DNA of 64,000 nucleotides from Candidatus Bathyarchaeota archaeon. Its GTDB lineage: Archaea; Thermoproteota; Bathyarchaeia; Bathyarchaeales; Bathycorpusculaceae. The DNA lies in the NCBI GenBank assembly GCA_963777155.1, contig CAVZPM010000009.1:64001-128000 (forward strand), in the 5' to 3' direction. Each line of letters opens with the position of its first letter. The stretch's first letter is position 1. Under the pieces are notes generated by a model. The model was not told where the DNA came from. It saw only the letters and a program-made list of their open reading frames with translations, and made no database searches. Position numbers and translations under genes: made by a program. This document shows, piece by piece, positions 1 to 10,374 of the stretch.

Positions 1-10
1 ACGCCTTAAA

Positions 11-1144
11 GTGCTGGCAACGAACGGTTTTTCCAGAGAAGCGCGGGAAACGCTAAAACACTTGAAGAAGCGCCTGCCAAAAAACGAGACGGTTAAATGT
101 AGCCTCTGCGACGGAAAGTTCGAGATAGTTGACTGCCTAACCCAAAAAGCCCTCCAAGCCGTCGATGGCTTCGAGTTTACTACTTTTCTTGTCGGGATTG
201 AATTGCCACTGCAGATTGAGGAGCGTGAGGATGAGTTCAAAGCAGCCGTCAACGTTGGTTATGGCGAGAGTATGAAACATGAATTCGGGCGCTTACTTGG
301 CAAATCAGTTGCTAAGCATACATGCAAGGAAGCAGACTATCTAAAACCCGACATAGTTTTTGTTTTTAATCCTTTCTTAGAAACAGTTCGACTTCAAGTT
401 AACCCTCTTTTCGTCGCTGGTAGATACCGTAAACTAGTTCGCACTATTCCACAGTCGAAGTGGTTCTGTTCCAGCTGTCGAGGTAGAGGATGTGAGAAAT
501 GTGGTGGAACAGGAAAACTTTACCCTGAATCGGTAGAGGAGCTATCCTCTAAACCGCTGCTTGAGGCAACCGTGGGAGAGGAAGCATTTTTGCATGCTTC
601 CGGGCGAGAAGATATCGATGCACGGATGCTGGGTACCGGGAGGCCGTTTGTAATTGAAGTTTCGAAACCTAAGAAACGGTTTGTTGATTTAAATCATATT
701 GAAACTCAGGTCAATGTGAACGCAGTTGGAAAGGTAGAAGTTTCGGGTTTACATTTTACCACTAAGGATGTTGTAAGACACCTCAAGAATGGTGAGGGTG
801 CCCAGAAAGAATATCAACTGCTAGCGGAGTTTGAGAATGACCCATCAGAAAAAGATCTCCGTACCATCGAGGAGAAGCTATCGGGTATTTGTATTAGACA
901 GCAGACGCCTCTTCGCGTTTTGCATCGAAGGGCAGATTTAATCCGAGAAAAGTACATATATCAGGTTAAAGTTAAGAAGGTGTCGCTTAAGAGGGTCCTG
1001 ATGGAAATTCGTTGCCAAGGTGGACTCTACGTTAAAGAATTGGTATCTGGAGATGAAGGACGCACGAACCCAAACGTTTCGGATTTGCTCAACAACAGAG
1101 CGAAGACGCTTAAGCTTGACGTTCTCAACGTAATAATGGAATAG
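11..1144 (+). CDS. pus10: tRNA pseudouridine(54/55) synthase Pus10 (5' end probably outside the window)
   Basis: GRYRKLVRTIPQSKW, catalytic HASGREDIDARMLG, QQTPLRV and GGLYVKELVSGD motifs; conserved position upstream of rpl21e. Confidence 0.95.
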   Translation: MLATNGFSREARETLKHLKKRLPKNETVKCSLCDGKFEIVDCLTQKALQAVDGFEFTTFLVGIELPLQIEEREDEFKAAVNVGYGESMKHEFGRLLGKSVAKHTCKEADYLKPDIVFVFNPFLETVRLQVNPLFVAGRYRKLVRTIPQSKWFCSSCRGRGCEKCGGTGKLYPESVEELSSKPLLEATVGEEAFLHASGREDIDARMLGTGRPFVIEVSKPKKRFVDLNHIETQVNVNAVGKVEVSGLHFTTKDVVRHLKNGEGAQKEYQLLAEFENDPSEKDLRTIEEKLSGICIRQQTPLRVLHRRADLIREKYIYQVKVKKVSLKRVLMEIRCQGGLYVKELVSGDEGRTNPNVSDLLNNRAKTLKLDVLNVIME

Positions 1145-1160
1145 TTAAGGTGAAAATTAT

Positions 1161-1457
1161 ATGAGAGGTTCAAAAGGCTATTACACTGGTACTCGCAGTT
1201 TGCTTCGTAAGCCGACTCGCGAAAAAGGTAAACCAAACATTGGAAAGATACTTCAAGAGTACACTCCTGGTTCTCAAGTGATTATAAAGATGGATTCAAG
1301 CGTGCAGAAGAGTATGCCCCATAAACGGTTCCATGGCAAAATAGGGGTCATAGTAGAAAAACGGGGTCGTGGCTACGTCGTTAGCGTTCCCCAAGGCGAC
1401 GCCATTAAAGAAATTATTACCCGCTCAGAACATCTAGAGCCCTATACTGGTAAGTGA
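1161..1457 (+). CDS. rpl21e: 50S ribosomal protein L21e
   Basis: MPHKRFHGKIG motif; 98 aa; pus10-rpl21e-rpoF order. Confidence 0.97.
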   Translation: MRGSKGYYTGTRSLLRKPTREKGKPNIGKILQEYTPGSQVIIKMDSSVQKSMPHKRFHGKIGVIVEKRGRGYVVSVPQGDAIKEIITRSEHLEPYTGK

Positions 1458-1464
1458 GTCTGAA

Positions 1465-1803
1465 ATGAGCAAGAGAGAAGTAAGTGAAAGCCGTTTAACC
1501 CTTCCACAGGTTAAGAAGGTTCTGGCATCCATCGGAGAAGAAAACCTCGACCAGTTCCAACGCCGAACACTCGATTATGTAAGCAAATTCTCCAAGTGCG
1601 AACCAGAAAAAGCCGAAGAACTCTTGCAAAAACTCCTAAAAGAATATGAACTTGATGAGGCAGAAGCAGTTCAGATTATTAACTGCATGCCTGAAACCGT
1701 TGATGAATTGAGAATTTTTTTAGCAGGCGGACGCAAAATCATAGAAACCTCGAAACTGCACACAATTGTTGAACTTTTAAACGAGAATCGAACGTTAAAG
1801 TAG
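1465..1803 (+). CDS. rpoF: RNA polymerase subunit Rpo4 (F)
   Basis: QRRTLDYVSKFSK...EAVQIINCMPETVDELR pattern; synteny with rpl21e and DUF655. Confidence 0.93.
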   Translation: MSKREVSESRLTLPQVKKVLASIGEENLDQFQRRTLDYVSKFSKCEPEKAEELLQKLLKEYELDEAEAVQIINCMPETVDELRIFLAGGRKIIETSKLHTIVELLNENRTLK

Positions 1804-1870
1804 GCGCAAACTACTAAGTATTTTTAAGCAGTAAGCGAGAATAGTCTAGTTGACGGACCTAGTGACTGTT

Positions 1871-2437
1871 ATGGAAAAGCGGTATGAAGAGCATGCTTAC
1901 GTGTTAGATTTCCTTCAACACGGCAAGCCAGGATTTCGCCCCACAGGACGGGCAGGTTATCGAGCGGGAGCCCTTATTCAATGTGTGGGGGAAGAATTCT
2001 TTACTCTATTGGAGGCTTTAGTGAAAGAAGAGTTGATTCTCAAGCCTGGTGACCGCGTGTATGTAGGGAAAGACTCTCGTGAAGAAGTCACATACATTAT
2101 TGGTCGAATCGGGTATGAGGAGTTAACTGCCTCAGCCAAAGCCGAGCTCCCAAGCGTCATAAGCAAGATAGTTACGAACCGAGAAAAATGGTTCGTCAAT
2201 TTCTTCAATACCGCACGGGCAATTACTCCTCGGATGCACGCATTGGAGCTGGTTCCGGGAATCGGCAAAAAGTATATGTGGCAAGTCATCAACGACCGTG
2301 AACGCAAACCGTTTGAAAGCTTTGAGGATTTGCAGAAACGCACTGAACTGCCAAACCCGGTGAAACTGATTACCAAGCGGGTTATGGAAGAACTTGAGGG
2401 TGACAGCAAGTACCGATTATTTACGCGGACACAATAA
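1871..2437 (+). CDS. DUF655 family putative RNA-binding protein
   Basis: EEHAYVLDFL, FTLLE and HALELVPGIGKK (HhH) motifs; conserved between rpoF and rsmA; ATG at 1871 chosen as start. Confidence 0.9.
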   Translation: MEKRYEEHAYVLDFLQHGKPGFRPTGRAGYRAGALIQCVGEEFFTLLEALVKEELILKPGDRVYVGKDSREEVTYIIGRIGYEELTASAKAELPSVISKIVTNREKWFVNFFNTARAITPRMHALELVPGIGKKYMWQVINDRERKPFESFEDLQKRTELPNPVKLITKRVMEELEGDSKYRLFTRTQ

Positions 2438-2447
2438 GGCATAGCAG

Positions 2448-3266
2448 ATGATTCTTGAGAAAACAAAACAGCTGCTTCAAAACTACCACATCACTCCCAA
2501 CAAGCTTATGGGGCAAAACTTCATGGTTGAGCCCTCACTCTACCCTAAACTCTGTAGCTATGCAGCGCTAAGCAAAACAGATGTGGTGTTGGATGTAGGC
2601 GCAGGTTTCGGCTGGTTAACCTGTTTCTTAGCTGACAAATCCAAAGCGGTGGTGGCGGTCGAGAAAGACCCGAAGGTTGCGGCTGTTCTTTGTGAACAGA
2701 CAAATTACCTAAGCAATGTCACTGTAATTGAAGGCGACGTTTTAAAGGCAATGTTACCAGAATTCAATAAGGTCATCGCGGCTCCTCCCTACTATTTGTC
2801 TTCCCAATTAGTGACATGGCTTTTAGAGCAGAAAATTGATTGTGCGGTTTTGATTTTGCAGACTGAATTTGCTGACCGCCTTGCGGCACCTGTGGGCAAT
2901 GAAGAATATGGTTGGTTAACAGTTGTGACTTACCAAATGGCAGAGGTTGAACTATTGGAAAAAGTCCCCAAAGCTCTGTTCTATCCTCAACCTGAAGTTG
3001 ATTCTGTTGTCCTTTGCCTAAAACCGTGGCACACCAAACCCTTTGAGATAAAAGATCCAACGTTGTTTGTGCACTTGGTTAAGTGGCTATTTACCCAACG
3101 AAATAAAAAATTAGCCAAAGCTGTCTCGCCGTTCATTAGAAGCTATTATAAACTAACCAAACAGGAAGCGGATAAGCTAGCAATTGGCCTCCCTTACAGT
3201 GATAGACGCGTAAGAGAATTGCACCCTGAAGGTTTTGGAGCCATAGCAAATGCACTGTCCAAATAA
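2448..3266 (+). CDS. rsmA: 16S rRNA m6,2A dimethyltransferase RsmA/KsgA/Dim1
   Basis: MGQNF, LDVGAGFG SAM motif, PPYYLSS, FYPQPEVDS. Confidence 0.93.
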   Translation: MILEKTKQLLQNYHITPNKLMGQNFMVEPSLYPKLCSYAALSKTDVVLDVGAGFGWLTCFLADKSKAVVAVEKDPKVAAVLCEQTNYLSNVTVIEGDVLKAMLPEFNKVIAAPPYYLSSQLVTWLLEQKIDCAVLILQTEFADRLAAPVGNEEYGWLTVVTYQMAEVELLEKVPKALFYPQPEVDSVVLCLKPWHTKPFEIKDPTLFVHLVKWLFTQRNKKLAKAVSPFIRSYYKLTKQEADKLAIGLPYSDRRVRELHPEGFGAIANALSK

Positions 3267-3870
3267 GCGGACTCGCTTTGGCGATTATGTTTTTGATTTA
3301 TACGATGAGGTTTACAATCCAGCTGAGGACACATTCCTATTCGCGGAAAACCTCGAGTTAAAAGAAGGCGAGCGTGTTCTAGATTTGGGCACAGGCTGCG
3401 GAATACTTGGTATTCTCGTAGCAAAAAAGGCAGGTGAAGTGGTGGCGGTTGACTTAAACCCTTATGCAATTCGTTGCGCAAAGGAGAATTCAGCTCTCAA
3501 CGGTGTGCGAAATAAGATGGTTTTTATTCAAACAAGCATGTTTACGGCTCTAAACCCCTGCGTCACCTTTGACTTGATATTGTTTAACGCTCCTTACTTG
3601 CCCTCAGATGAGGGTGAAGATGCTTCTTGGATTGGACGTGCTTGGGCCGGAGGCACCAATGGAAGAGAAGTCATTGACCGCTTTATCTCCCAAGTCCCCG
3701 CCCATTTGAAACCTCAAGGTAGAGTCTTGTTAATGCAGTCTACGCTTACAGGTGTCGAAGAGACTCTCGATGGGTTCAACACTCAAGGTCTTACCGGATC
3801 GATTAAGGCTGAGCATAAGCTGCCTTTCTTTGAGACCTTGACACTTATAGAAGCTAAGGCTGGCTTGTAG
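3250..3870 (+). CDS. HemK2/Mtq2-family protein (release factor) glutamine methyltransferase
   Basis: VYNPAEDTFL, LDLGTGCG, FNAPY, WAGGTNGREVI. Confidence 0.88.
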   Translation: MHCPNKRTRFGDYVFDLYDEVYNPAEDTFLFAENLELKEGERVLDLGTGCGILGILVAKKAGEVVAVDLNPYAIRCAKENSALNGVRNKMVFIQTSMFTALNPCVTFDLILFNAPYLPSDEGEDASWIGRAWAGGTNGREVIDRFISQVPAHLKPQGRVLLMQSTLTGVEETLDGFNTQGLTGSIKAEHKLPFFETLTLIEAKAGL

Positions 3871-3906
3871 AAGAAACAATTTAAAGACAGAAACCAATTC
3901 ATTGTA

Positions 3907-4248
3907 TTGGTGTTAATTATGACGATTTGGTTCTATGTCAAAACAATTGAAGACCCAAAAGCTGTTGGGGACGTTGTTTGTGCTTTCAACTTCATGCAGG
4001 GGCAGCATCCTGAAGACAAGTACTCTTGGATTATTGAGGCTGGGAGAGATGAGCCTGGCTACTGGGAAATCAAGGGCAAATATGCTGCGTTAAAAGATGT
4101 TACAGTAATATGTATCGTCTACAGAATCGGCGATACAGTAGTTTTCGCGGAAATAGATGATGATTTATCCCCTAATTTCATCGACCCGCTGGTAACCAAG
4201 TATGGGTTCGACAACGTAAAATGGTTTGTCGTTCCAGCCAAAAGATAG
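3907..4248 (+). CDS. hypothetical protein
   Basis: 113-aa ORF with protein-like composition, preceded by an AT-rich TATA-like element; no recognisable motif. Confidence 0.6.
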   Translation: MVLIMTIWFYVKTIEDPKAVGDVVCAFNFMQGQHPEDKYSWIIEAGRDEPGYWEIKGKYAALKDVTVICIVYRIGDTVVFAEIDDDLSPNFIDPLVTKYGFDNVKWFVVPAKR

Positions 4249-4322
4249 TTTAAGGCTCTCTTGCTCAGAGAGTAAAATTCCCTTTTGTAAAGAATTTGTA
4301 AATTTATAATTAAATAGCTTGG

Positions 4323-4808
4323 TTATTGCTTATCGTACTTTTCGACTTCCGAATTCATAACGCAAAGCTCTATACCTGCTTGCTTGAACATTTCAATTGT
4401 GTCGGCGTCGGCGTGGTATCTTTTTTCACAAACCACCCGTTTGATTCCTGCGTTAATTATAATCATCGCACAGGTTCTGCATGGCGTCATCTTGCAGAAA
4501 AGCGTCGCTCCTTCAAGTGGAATACCGAACCTTGCAGCCTGAATTATTGCGTTTTGTTCGGCGTGAAGAGTTCGGACGCAGTGCTGGGTGACTTCCCCAT
4601 TAGAGTTGAATACTTTGCGTAGGTCGTGTCCTGCCTCATCACAATGCGGTAACCCTGCAGGTGCCCCAACGTAACCAGTTGTCATGATTCGTTTGTCTTT
4701 AACGATGACGCAGCCGCTTCTTCCACGGTCACATGTAGCGCGTCTAGCTACGGCTTCACACATGTCTAAGAAGTACCGATCCCAATTAGGTCTTGGATTA
4801 CTGCTCAA
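4323..4808 (-). CDS. dCMP deaminase (ComEB/cytidine-deoxycytidylate deaminase family)
   Basis: RPNWDRYF, HAEQNA and PCRTC zinc-binding motifs. Confidence 0.9.
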   Translation of the reverse strand: MSSNPRPNWDRYFLDMCEAVARRATCDRGRSGCVIVKDKRIMTTGYVGAPAGLPHCDEAGHDLRKVFNSNGEVTQHCVRTLHAEQNAIIQAARFGIPLEGATLFCKMTPCRTCAMIIINAGIKRVVCEKRYHADADTIEMFKQAGIELCVMNSEVEKYDKQ

Positions 4809-4879
4809 TATCTTTACCTCAACGGTTTCAGAGATAGTTCACTAAACAAATTAATAAATTATTTCCGCAGATTAACTAC

Positions 4880-6169
4880 CTATTTCTCGAGGATGTGGAT
4901 TTCTCGGCCGATTTTATGCCGCTCATCCATCTCGACAAATGAGGCAGAATGAGTTAATCGCCCAACATCCAAATTTTTACTAAACATTTCTGTGGAGAAA
5001 GAATAGATACGTTTGAATCCCGCGCTTTCAAGTCGGTCAACTATTGGCATTGTTACCGCTTCGTTGGAGCGAGTTTTAATGTAGGGCGTCACCAGTACCA
5101 AGTGGCCTTTTGGCTTTAGTGTTCTGTATGCTTCTTCGATGAACCCAAAGAACAATGGTTCTAGTTTTTCAATAATTTTCTGCGCGTAAGGACCTGTTGG
5201 GACCTCTCGGAGCGCGGGACCCAAATCAGGTTCAGAAACTATGCAATCTACGGATTCCAACCCAACCTTTTCAGCCATACTACCTACATCGCCCAGCAGA
5301 ACCCTAAAATCTGCATTGACAAGTTCGTATTCTCTGGTTACCCACTCAAGGTTTTCCTTAGTTGCCTTAACGCACCAAGGATTAACATCCATACCCACTA
5401 CCGTTGTCTTCTCCATTAGCGCTTCCTGCAGAATAGTGCCGACGCCGCAGAATGGGTCAAGCAAAGTTTTTCCCTCAGTACACGCCGACAGGTTAACCAT
5501 GATTCGTGCTAGTCTAGGCGGCATGGCAAAAATGACTCGTTGGTTCGGCTTGAAGACGTCTCTTTTCTGGAACTCAAAGGGGTTGTGCACAGCTATGGTT
5601 GTGGCAATCCAGGTTTCTGTTTTACCGATACAGAAAAGCACTTCGGCTTGGTTTTCCACCAGATTTTTCTTTAATACTTCTACATGGCTAAGCTGAGCTT
5701 GTTTTCGCTCGACCGAGTAACCCATGAAATTCGCCTTTTTACCTAAACCTGCCAATTCTTCTTTTACGGCGCTGCCGATAAAACGTTGCATTCGCCCTGA
5801 AACTGGGGAGAATGTGTTATCGGTGAAGTATACGCTTACTCCAAAAAGAAATTTTTTAGGTGTCATGTCGGCGGGGATGTTGCTTGTGGCTATTGTCTTG
5901 ATGATTTGTTTTTGAGCCTGCTTGTTTTTGTTAAGAAATGCCTCTTTGACGATTTGGGTTGGAAATGTGGTTTTTGGTTGACCGATTTTTATGGTTCCAC
6001 CTAAATCCGCTATAGCTGAAGGGGGTATGTTTTTTTCTAGGTTGATGACAAAGAATTCTCGGGAAAAATACTGTACTTCAAACTTGTTGTTTCTTGCGTT
6101 AAAGTATGCGGTTAGCTCCGCTAGTGAGAGTATCCAGTTTTTTCCTGAAATAAACAGGTATGTTGGCAT
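4880..6169 (-). CDS. Trm11/TrmG10-like tRNA (guanine-N2) methyltransferase
   Basis: MPPRLARIMVNL, LLDPFCGVGTI, SEPDLG in place of DPPY; long N-terminal THUMP-like region. Confidence 0.75.
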   Translation of the reverse strand: MPTYLFISGKNWILSLAELTAYFNARNNKFEVQYFSREFFVINLEKNIPPSAIADLGGTIKIGQPKTTFPTQIVKEAFLNKNKQAQKQIIKTIATSNIPADMTPKKFLFGVSVYFTDNTFSPVSGRMQRFIGSAVKEELAGLGKKANFMGYSVERKQAQLSHVEVLKKNLVENQAEVLFCIGKTETWIATTIAVHNPFEFQKRDVFKPNQRVIFAMPPRLARIMVNLSACTEGKTLLDPFCGVGTILQEALMEKTTVVGMDVNPWCVKATKENLEWVTREYELVNADFRVLLGDVGSMAEKVGLESVDCIVSEPDLGPALREVPTGPYAQKIIEKLEPLFFGFIEEAYRTLKPKGHLVLVTPYIKTRSNEAVTMPIVDRLESAGFKRIYSFSTEMFSKNLDVGRLTHSASFVEMDERHKIGREIHILEK

Positions 6170-6340
6170 TTGGGAATCAAAAAGTAAACCTGACTATATA
6201 AGTTGATAACAGTCAACAGCTTGAATTCGTTATTCTAAGTAAATGACTGGAACGTGGAAAATGCACGGAAGTATCGCCGCATATTTACAAATCGTTTAAA
6301 TATTGCTGGGCGCAAATCCCTTTTACAAAAGGGATGCTGC

Positions 6341-6883
6341 ATGCAAGCACGTAACTACAGGCACGTAAAAAATAGAGCCTATACGCGAAAGAAATACGCT
6401 AGAGGTTTTCCACCACCAAAAATTGTAAAGTTCACTATGGGCGATACAAAAGGTACCTTTGCGATTGAAGGGCAACTGATCGGTCAAGAACGTGCACAGA
6501 TACGTCACAGTGCCTTAGAAGCAGCACGTGTAGCTACCAACCGTATCCTTATGGATAAACTCATAAATGATTATCTTATGGTTGTTCATCCATACCCACA
6601 CATTATCCTGCGAGAAAACAAGATGATTTTTGGCGCTCACGCTGACAGACTACAACAGGGAATGAGACGTTCATTCGGAACAGCAATCGGTACCGCAGCA
6701 AAAGTAGAAGTGGGACAACCCATAATCACCGTCAAAGTGAAAGCTGGCCAAGAGGCAATAGCTAAAGAGTCTCTCAAACGAGGAAGCGCTAAACTTCCAA
6801 TACCATGCAAAATAGTCATCTCCAAAATCAAGATTTCTCCAATCATTACCGAAGCGGTTGAACCGGAGACGGAGACGACTTGA
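6341..6883 (+). CDS. rpl10e: 50S ribosomal protein uL16 (L10e)
   Basis: QIRHSALEAAR, YPHIILRENK, GAHADRLQQGMRRSFG; ATG at 6341. Confidence 0.97.
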   Translation: MQARNYRHVKNRAYTRKKYARGFPPPKIVKFTMGDTKGTFAIEGQLIGQERAQIRHSALEAARVATNRILMDKLINDYLMVVHPYPHIILRENKMIFGAHADRLQQGMRRSFGTAIGTAAKVEVGQPIITVKVKAGQEAIAKESLKRGSAKLPIPCKIVISKIKISPIITEAVEPETETT

Positions 6884-9303
6884 GCGTCAAAGAGAAAGAA
6901 TTGGTTTTATGGTTTGATAATTTAAGAAATACTGATGTTTCCATTGTTGGCGGCAAGAACGCCAGCCTTGGTGAAATGATTCATGCGGCACTACCTGTGC
7001 CTTTTGGTTTTGCCGTAACCGCATATTCTTATGAAAGATTTATTGTTGAGAAAAAAATCGCTGAACAAATCTACAAAATTATAACAGACACAGTAACTAA
7101 CCCAAACGACCCCAGACAGTACGATACTGCATCCAAAAAAATCCGTGAACTTATAGAAAAGACTCTAATGCCTAAAGACATTGAAACCGCCATAAGAAAC
7201 GCTTACGCCGAATTAAACAAACGTTTTAACTTAAAAGACACTTTTGTCGCGGTACGTTCAAGCGCAACTGCCGAAGACTTGCCTGACGCATCGTTTGCAG
7301 GTCAGCAGGAAACTTACCTAAACGTTAGAGGCGCAGACGACCTCATAGAAAAGGTTAGGAAATGCTGGTCTAGCCTCTTCACGCCAAGAGCAATCTTCTA
7401 TCGAACCGAGAAAGGCTTCCCACACGAAAAAGTTTTCATTAGCGTCGGCGTCCAAAAAATGGTAAACTCCCGCGCTGCAGGAGTCATGTTCACAATTAAT
7501 CCGGTTACAGGTAACAGAGACGAAATCGTAATCGAAGGCAACTTCGGCTTAGGCGAAACCGTAGTTTCAGGTGTCGTTAACCCTGACGATTTCGTTGTGG
7601 ACAAGAACTCGATGCTGATAAAAGAACGCCGTATCTCACGCAAAACTATCAAGTATATCCGTGACCCCAAAACAGGAAAAACAGTCCACATAGACATTCC
7701 TGAAGCTGAACAAAAAATAGTTTGCATAAGCGACCAAGAAATCGCTAAACTTACTGAACTTGCCAAGCGCATAGAGAAGCATTACGGTAAACCTATGGAT
7801 ATTGAATGGGCAATCGACCAGGATCTATCGTTCCCTGAAAACATGATGCTGGTTCAGGCTCGCCCAGAAACCGTTTTCGGATCAAAAACAGTGGAAGCGA
7901 CAAAAATGGAAGAAAATAAAGCTCAAGACCTAAAAGTTGTTGTTCGAGGTATCTCTGCCGGAAGAAGGGGTTACGGCGTAGGCAAAGCAAAAATTGTCCT
8001 AAACCCTGAAGATGCCCACAAAGAAATGCACAAGGGTGACGTTCTCGTCACAGGCATGACTGACCCTGATTTTGTTCCCTTCATGAAAATGGCAAGCGCA
8101 ATAGTTACCGATAAAGGTGGAATCACATCCCACGCAGCTATCGTCAGTCGAGAACTAAACATCCCATGTGTCGTTGGCACCGAAAACGCGACACAACTTA
8201 TGAAGACGGGTCAAGAATACACTGTAGATTCAAGAAACGGAGTAATTTATGACGGCATAATGGCGCAAGCAGTTGCTCCAACCGCAGTAAACAACGGCGG
8301 CGCAGTATTGATGGCAGAGGCAGCTCCCGTGACAGCCACCAAGATTTATATGAACCTCGGAACCCCCGAGATGATTGAACAATACAAGAACCTCCCGTTT
8401 GAAGGCATCGGGCTCATGCGTACCGAATTCATCTTAGCAAGCGCCATCGGACAGCACCCAATGGCGTTTGTTGATGCAGGCCAAAGCCAGCAATTCGTCG
8501 ATAAACTCGCCGATGGTATAGCAACAGTTGCAAGGGCAATCCAGCCAAAACCCGTCGTGGTTCGTTTAAGCGACTTTAAAACTAACGAATACCGAGGCTT
8601 GAAAGGCGGTGAAAAATACGAAATCATCGAAGAAAACCCCATGTTGGGTTGGAGAGGATGCAGCCGCTACATAAGCAAATGGTACGACAAAGCTTTCCGC
8701 CTGGAATGCCAAGCCATTGTAAAATGCCGCAAAGAGTGGGCGCTCAAAAACGTCTACGTTATGCTGCCCATGGTAAGAACCCTCTGGGAGGCTAAAGCAG
8801 TCCTTCAAATCATGAAAGAGGAAGGCTTAGAACGCAACAAAGACTTCAAAGTCTGGTTTATGGCAGAAACACCGTCCATCGGAATTATGGCTGATGAATT
8901 CAGCAAACTCGTTGACGGTTTCAGCATAGGCTCAAATGACATGACCCAAGGCGTGCTCATGATTGACCGCGACAGTGAACGCTTAGGGCAAATGGGCTAC
9001 TTTGATGAACGCGACCCAGCAGTCAAGCGCATAATTGCCCACCTAATCAAAGCTGCCCATGAAAACGGCTGTACTGTCAGCATCTGCGGAGAAGGGCCAT
9101 CTAACCTGCCAGACTTCGCAGAGTTTCTCGTTCGCGTCGGCATTGATAGCATATCCGTAAACAACGACGCCGTTGTCCAGACACGCAAACACGTGGCAAG
9201 TGTTGAACAAAAAATTATCCTAGAGCGATTGGCTGAGCAAGCCGCTTTAGCTCGGGGACAACCACTCAAGAAGCCAACGCAAGACTGGGAATGGTCACAC
9301 TAA
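6880..9303 (+). CDS. ppsA: phosphoenolpyruvate synthase (pyruvate,water dikinase)
   Basis: VGGKNASLGEM, VRSSATAEDLPDASFAGQQ, phospho-His motif GGITSHAAIVSRE, FSIGSND. Confidence 0.97.
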   Translation: MSVKEKELVLWFDNLRNTDVSIVGGKNASLGEMIHAALPVPFGFAVTAYSYERFIVEKKIAEQIYKIITDTVTNPNDPRQYDTASKKIRELIEKTLMPKDIETAIRNAYAELNKRFNLKDTFVAVRSSATAEDLPDASFAGQQETYLNVRGADDLIEKVRKCWSSLFTPRAIFYRTEKGFPHEKVFISVGVQKMVNSRAAGVMFTINPVTGNRDEIVIEGNFGLGETVVSGVVNPDDFVVDKNSMLIKERRISRKTIKYIRDPKTGKTVHIDIPEAEQKIVCISDQEIAKLTELAKRIEKHYGKPMDIEWAIDQDLSFPENMMLVQARPETVFGSKTVEATKMEENKAQDLKVVVRGISAGRRGYGVGKAKIVLNPEDAHKEMHKGDVLVTGMTDPDFVPFMKMASAIVTDKGGITSHAAIVSRELNIPCVVGTENATQLMKTGQEYTVDSRNGVIYDGIMAQAVAPTAVNNGGAVLMAEAAPVTATKIYMNLGTPEMIEQYKNLPFEGIGLMRTEFILASAIGQHPMAFVDAGQSQQFVDKLADGIATVARAIQPKPVVVRLSDFKTNEYRGLKGGEKYEIIEENPMLGWRGCSRYISKWYDKAFRLECQAIVKCRKEWALKNVYVMLPMVRTLWEAKAVLQIMKEEGLERNKDFKVWFMAETPSIGIMADEFSKLVDGFSIGSNDMTQGVLMIDRDSERLGQMGYFDERDPAVKRIIAHLIKAAHENGCTVSICGEGPSNLPDFAEFLVRVGIDSISVNNDAVVQTRKHVASVEQKIILERLAEQAALARGQPLKKPTQDWEWSH

Positions 9304-9372
9304 GACAAGATAGCTTTAGCCCCAAATCCTGTTTTCCTTTACTTTCTTGTATCTGTTGATTGAGGGTGGCTT

Positions 9373-10374
9373 ATGAAAGGGTTTGATTTTGAAGAGAAAA
9401 GAATAAAACAGGAAATCCTTAAACTTGGCGCCAAACGTGTTTTGCTTCAGATGCCTCAGGGATTGAAACCCCAAGCCACCGCCATAGCTAAAACTGTGGA
9501 GGCATGCGGTGCCGTCGCGGTTATTTCAGTCGACCCATGTTACGGTGCTTGTGATATATTGGTTAGTGAGGCGGAAGGTTTGGGTGCGGATTTGATTGTT
9601 CATTTTGGTCATGCTAAAATGGTCAGACAGACGCGGATTCCAACAGTGTACGTGGAGGCAAGGGCGAATGTTTCAGTCCACACGGCGGTGGTTCACGCAA
9701 TTCCTCTGTTGAATGACTACACCCGAATTGGTTTAACTACGTCAGTTCAGCACCTGGGAACGTTAAAGCAAGTGGAACAAATCCTTACAGGAGCGGGTAA
9801 AATGGTCCTAATTGGAAACGCTGGCCAACTGGAGTATGCGGGGCAAGTCATAGGTTGCAACTACAGCAACGCCAAAATTATAGCTGACCAAGTTGACGCG
9901 TTTCTCTTTATCGGCGGCGGAATGTTCCATGCCTTGGGTATCGCTTTAGGTGCTTCAAAGCCAACTATAATAGTGGACCCCTACGATAACAGGGCGTACT
10001 CAATCACCGACCAAGCCCGGCGGCTCCTAAAGCAACGATTCGCAAGCATCCAAGAAGCCGCAAACGCCAAAACCTTCGGTGTCCTCGTTGGGTTAAAACC
10101 AGGTCAACAACACCTTGACAGTGCGCTTAGGGTTAAAACGCTGGCGGAAAAGAATGGGCGAGAAGCGTTTATTTTGGCAGGCAGAGAGCTCACTCCTGAA
10201 ACCTTACTAGAGTTTCCAAGTATAGATACCTATGTAAACACGGCTTGCCCACGTATATCGCTTGACACACCTGGGAAATTCCAAAAACCCATCCTGACAG
10301 TCAACGAGTTTATGGTGGTTTGTGGCGAGGATTCATGGGAGAACATGCTCAAAAAAGGCTTATTCGAAAATTAG
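9373..10374 (+). CDS. dph2: diphthamide biosynthesis enzyme Dph2
   Basis: three Fe-S cysteines in PCYGACD, GQVIGC and TACPRI; LQMPQGLK. Confidence 0.93.
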   Translation: MKGFDFEEKRIKQEILKLGAKRVLLQMPQGLKPQATAIAKTVEACGAVAVISVDPCYGACDILVSEAEGLGADLIVHFGHAKMVRQTRIPTVYVEARANVSVHTAVVHAIPLLNDYTRIGLTTSVQHLGTLKQVEQILTGAGKMVLIGNAGQLEYAGQVIGCNYSNAKIIADQVDAFLFIGGGMFHALGIALGASKPTIIVDPYDNRAYSITDQARRLLKQRFASIQEAANAKTFGVLVGLKPGQQHLDSALRVKTLAEKNGREAFILAGRELTPETLLEFPSIDTYVNTACPRISLDTPGKFQKPILTVNEFMVVCGEDSWENMLKKGLFEN

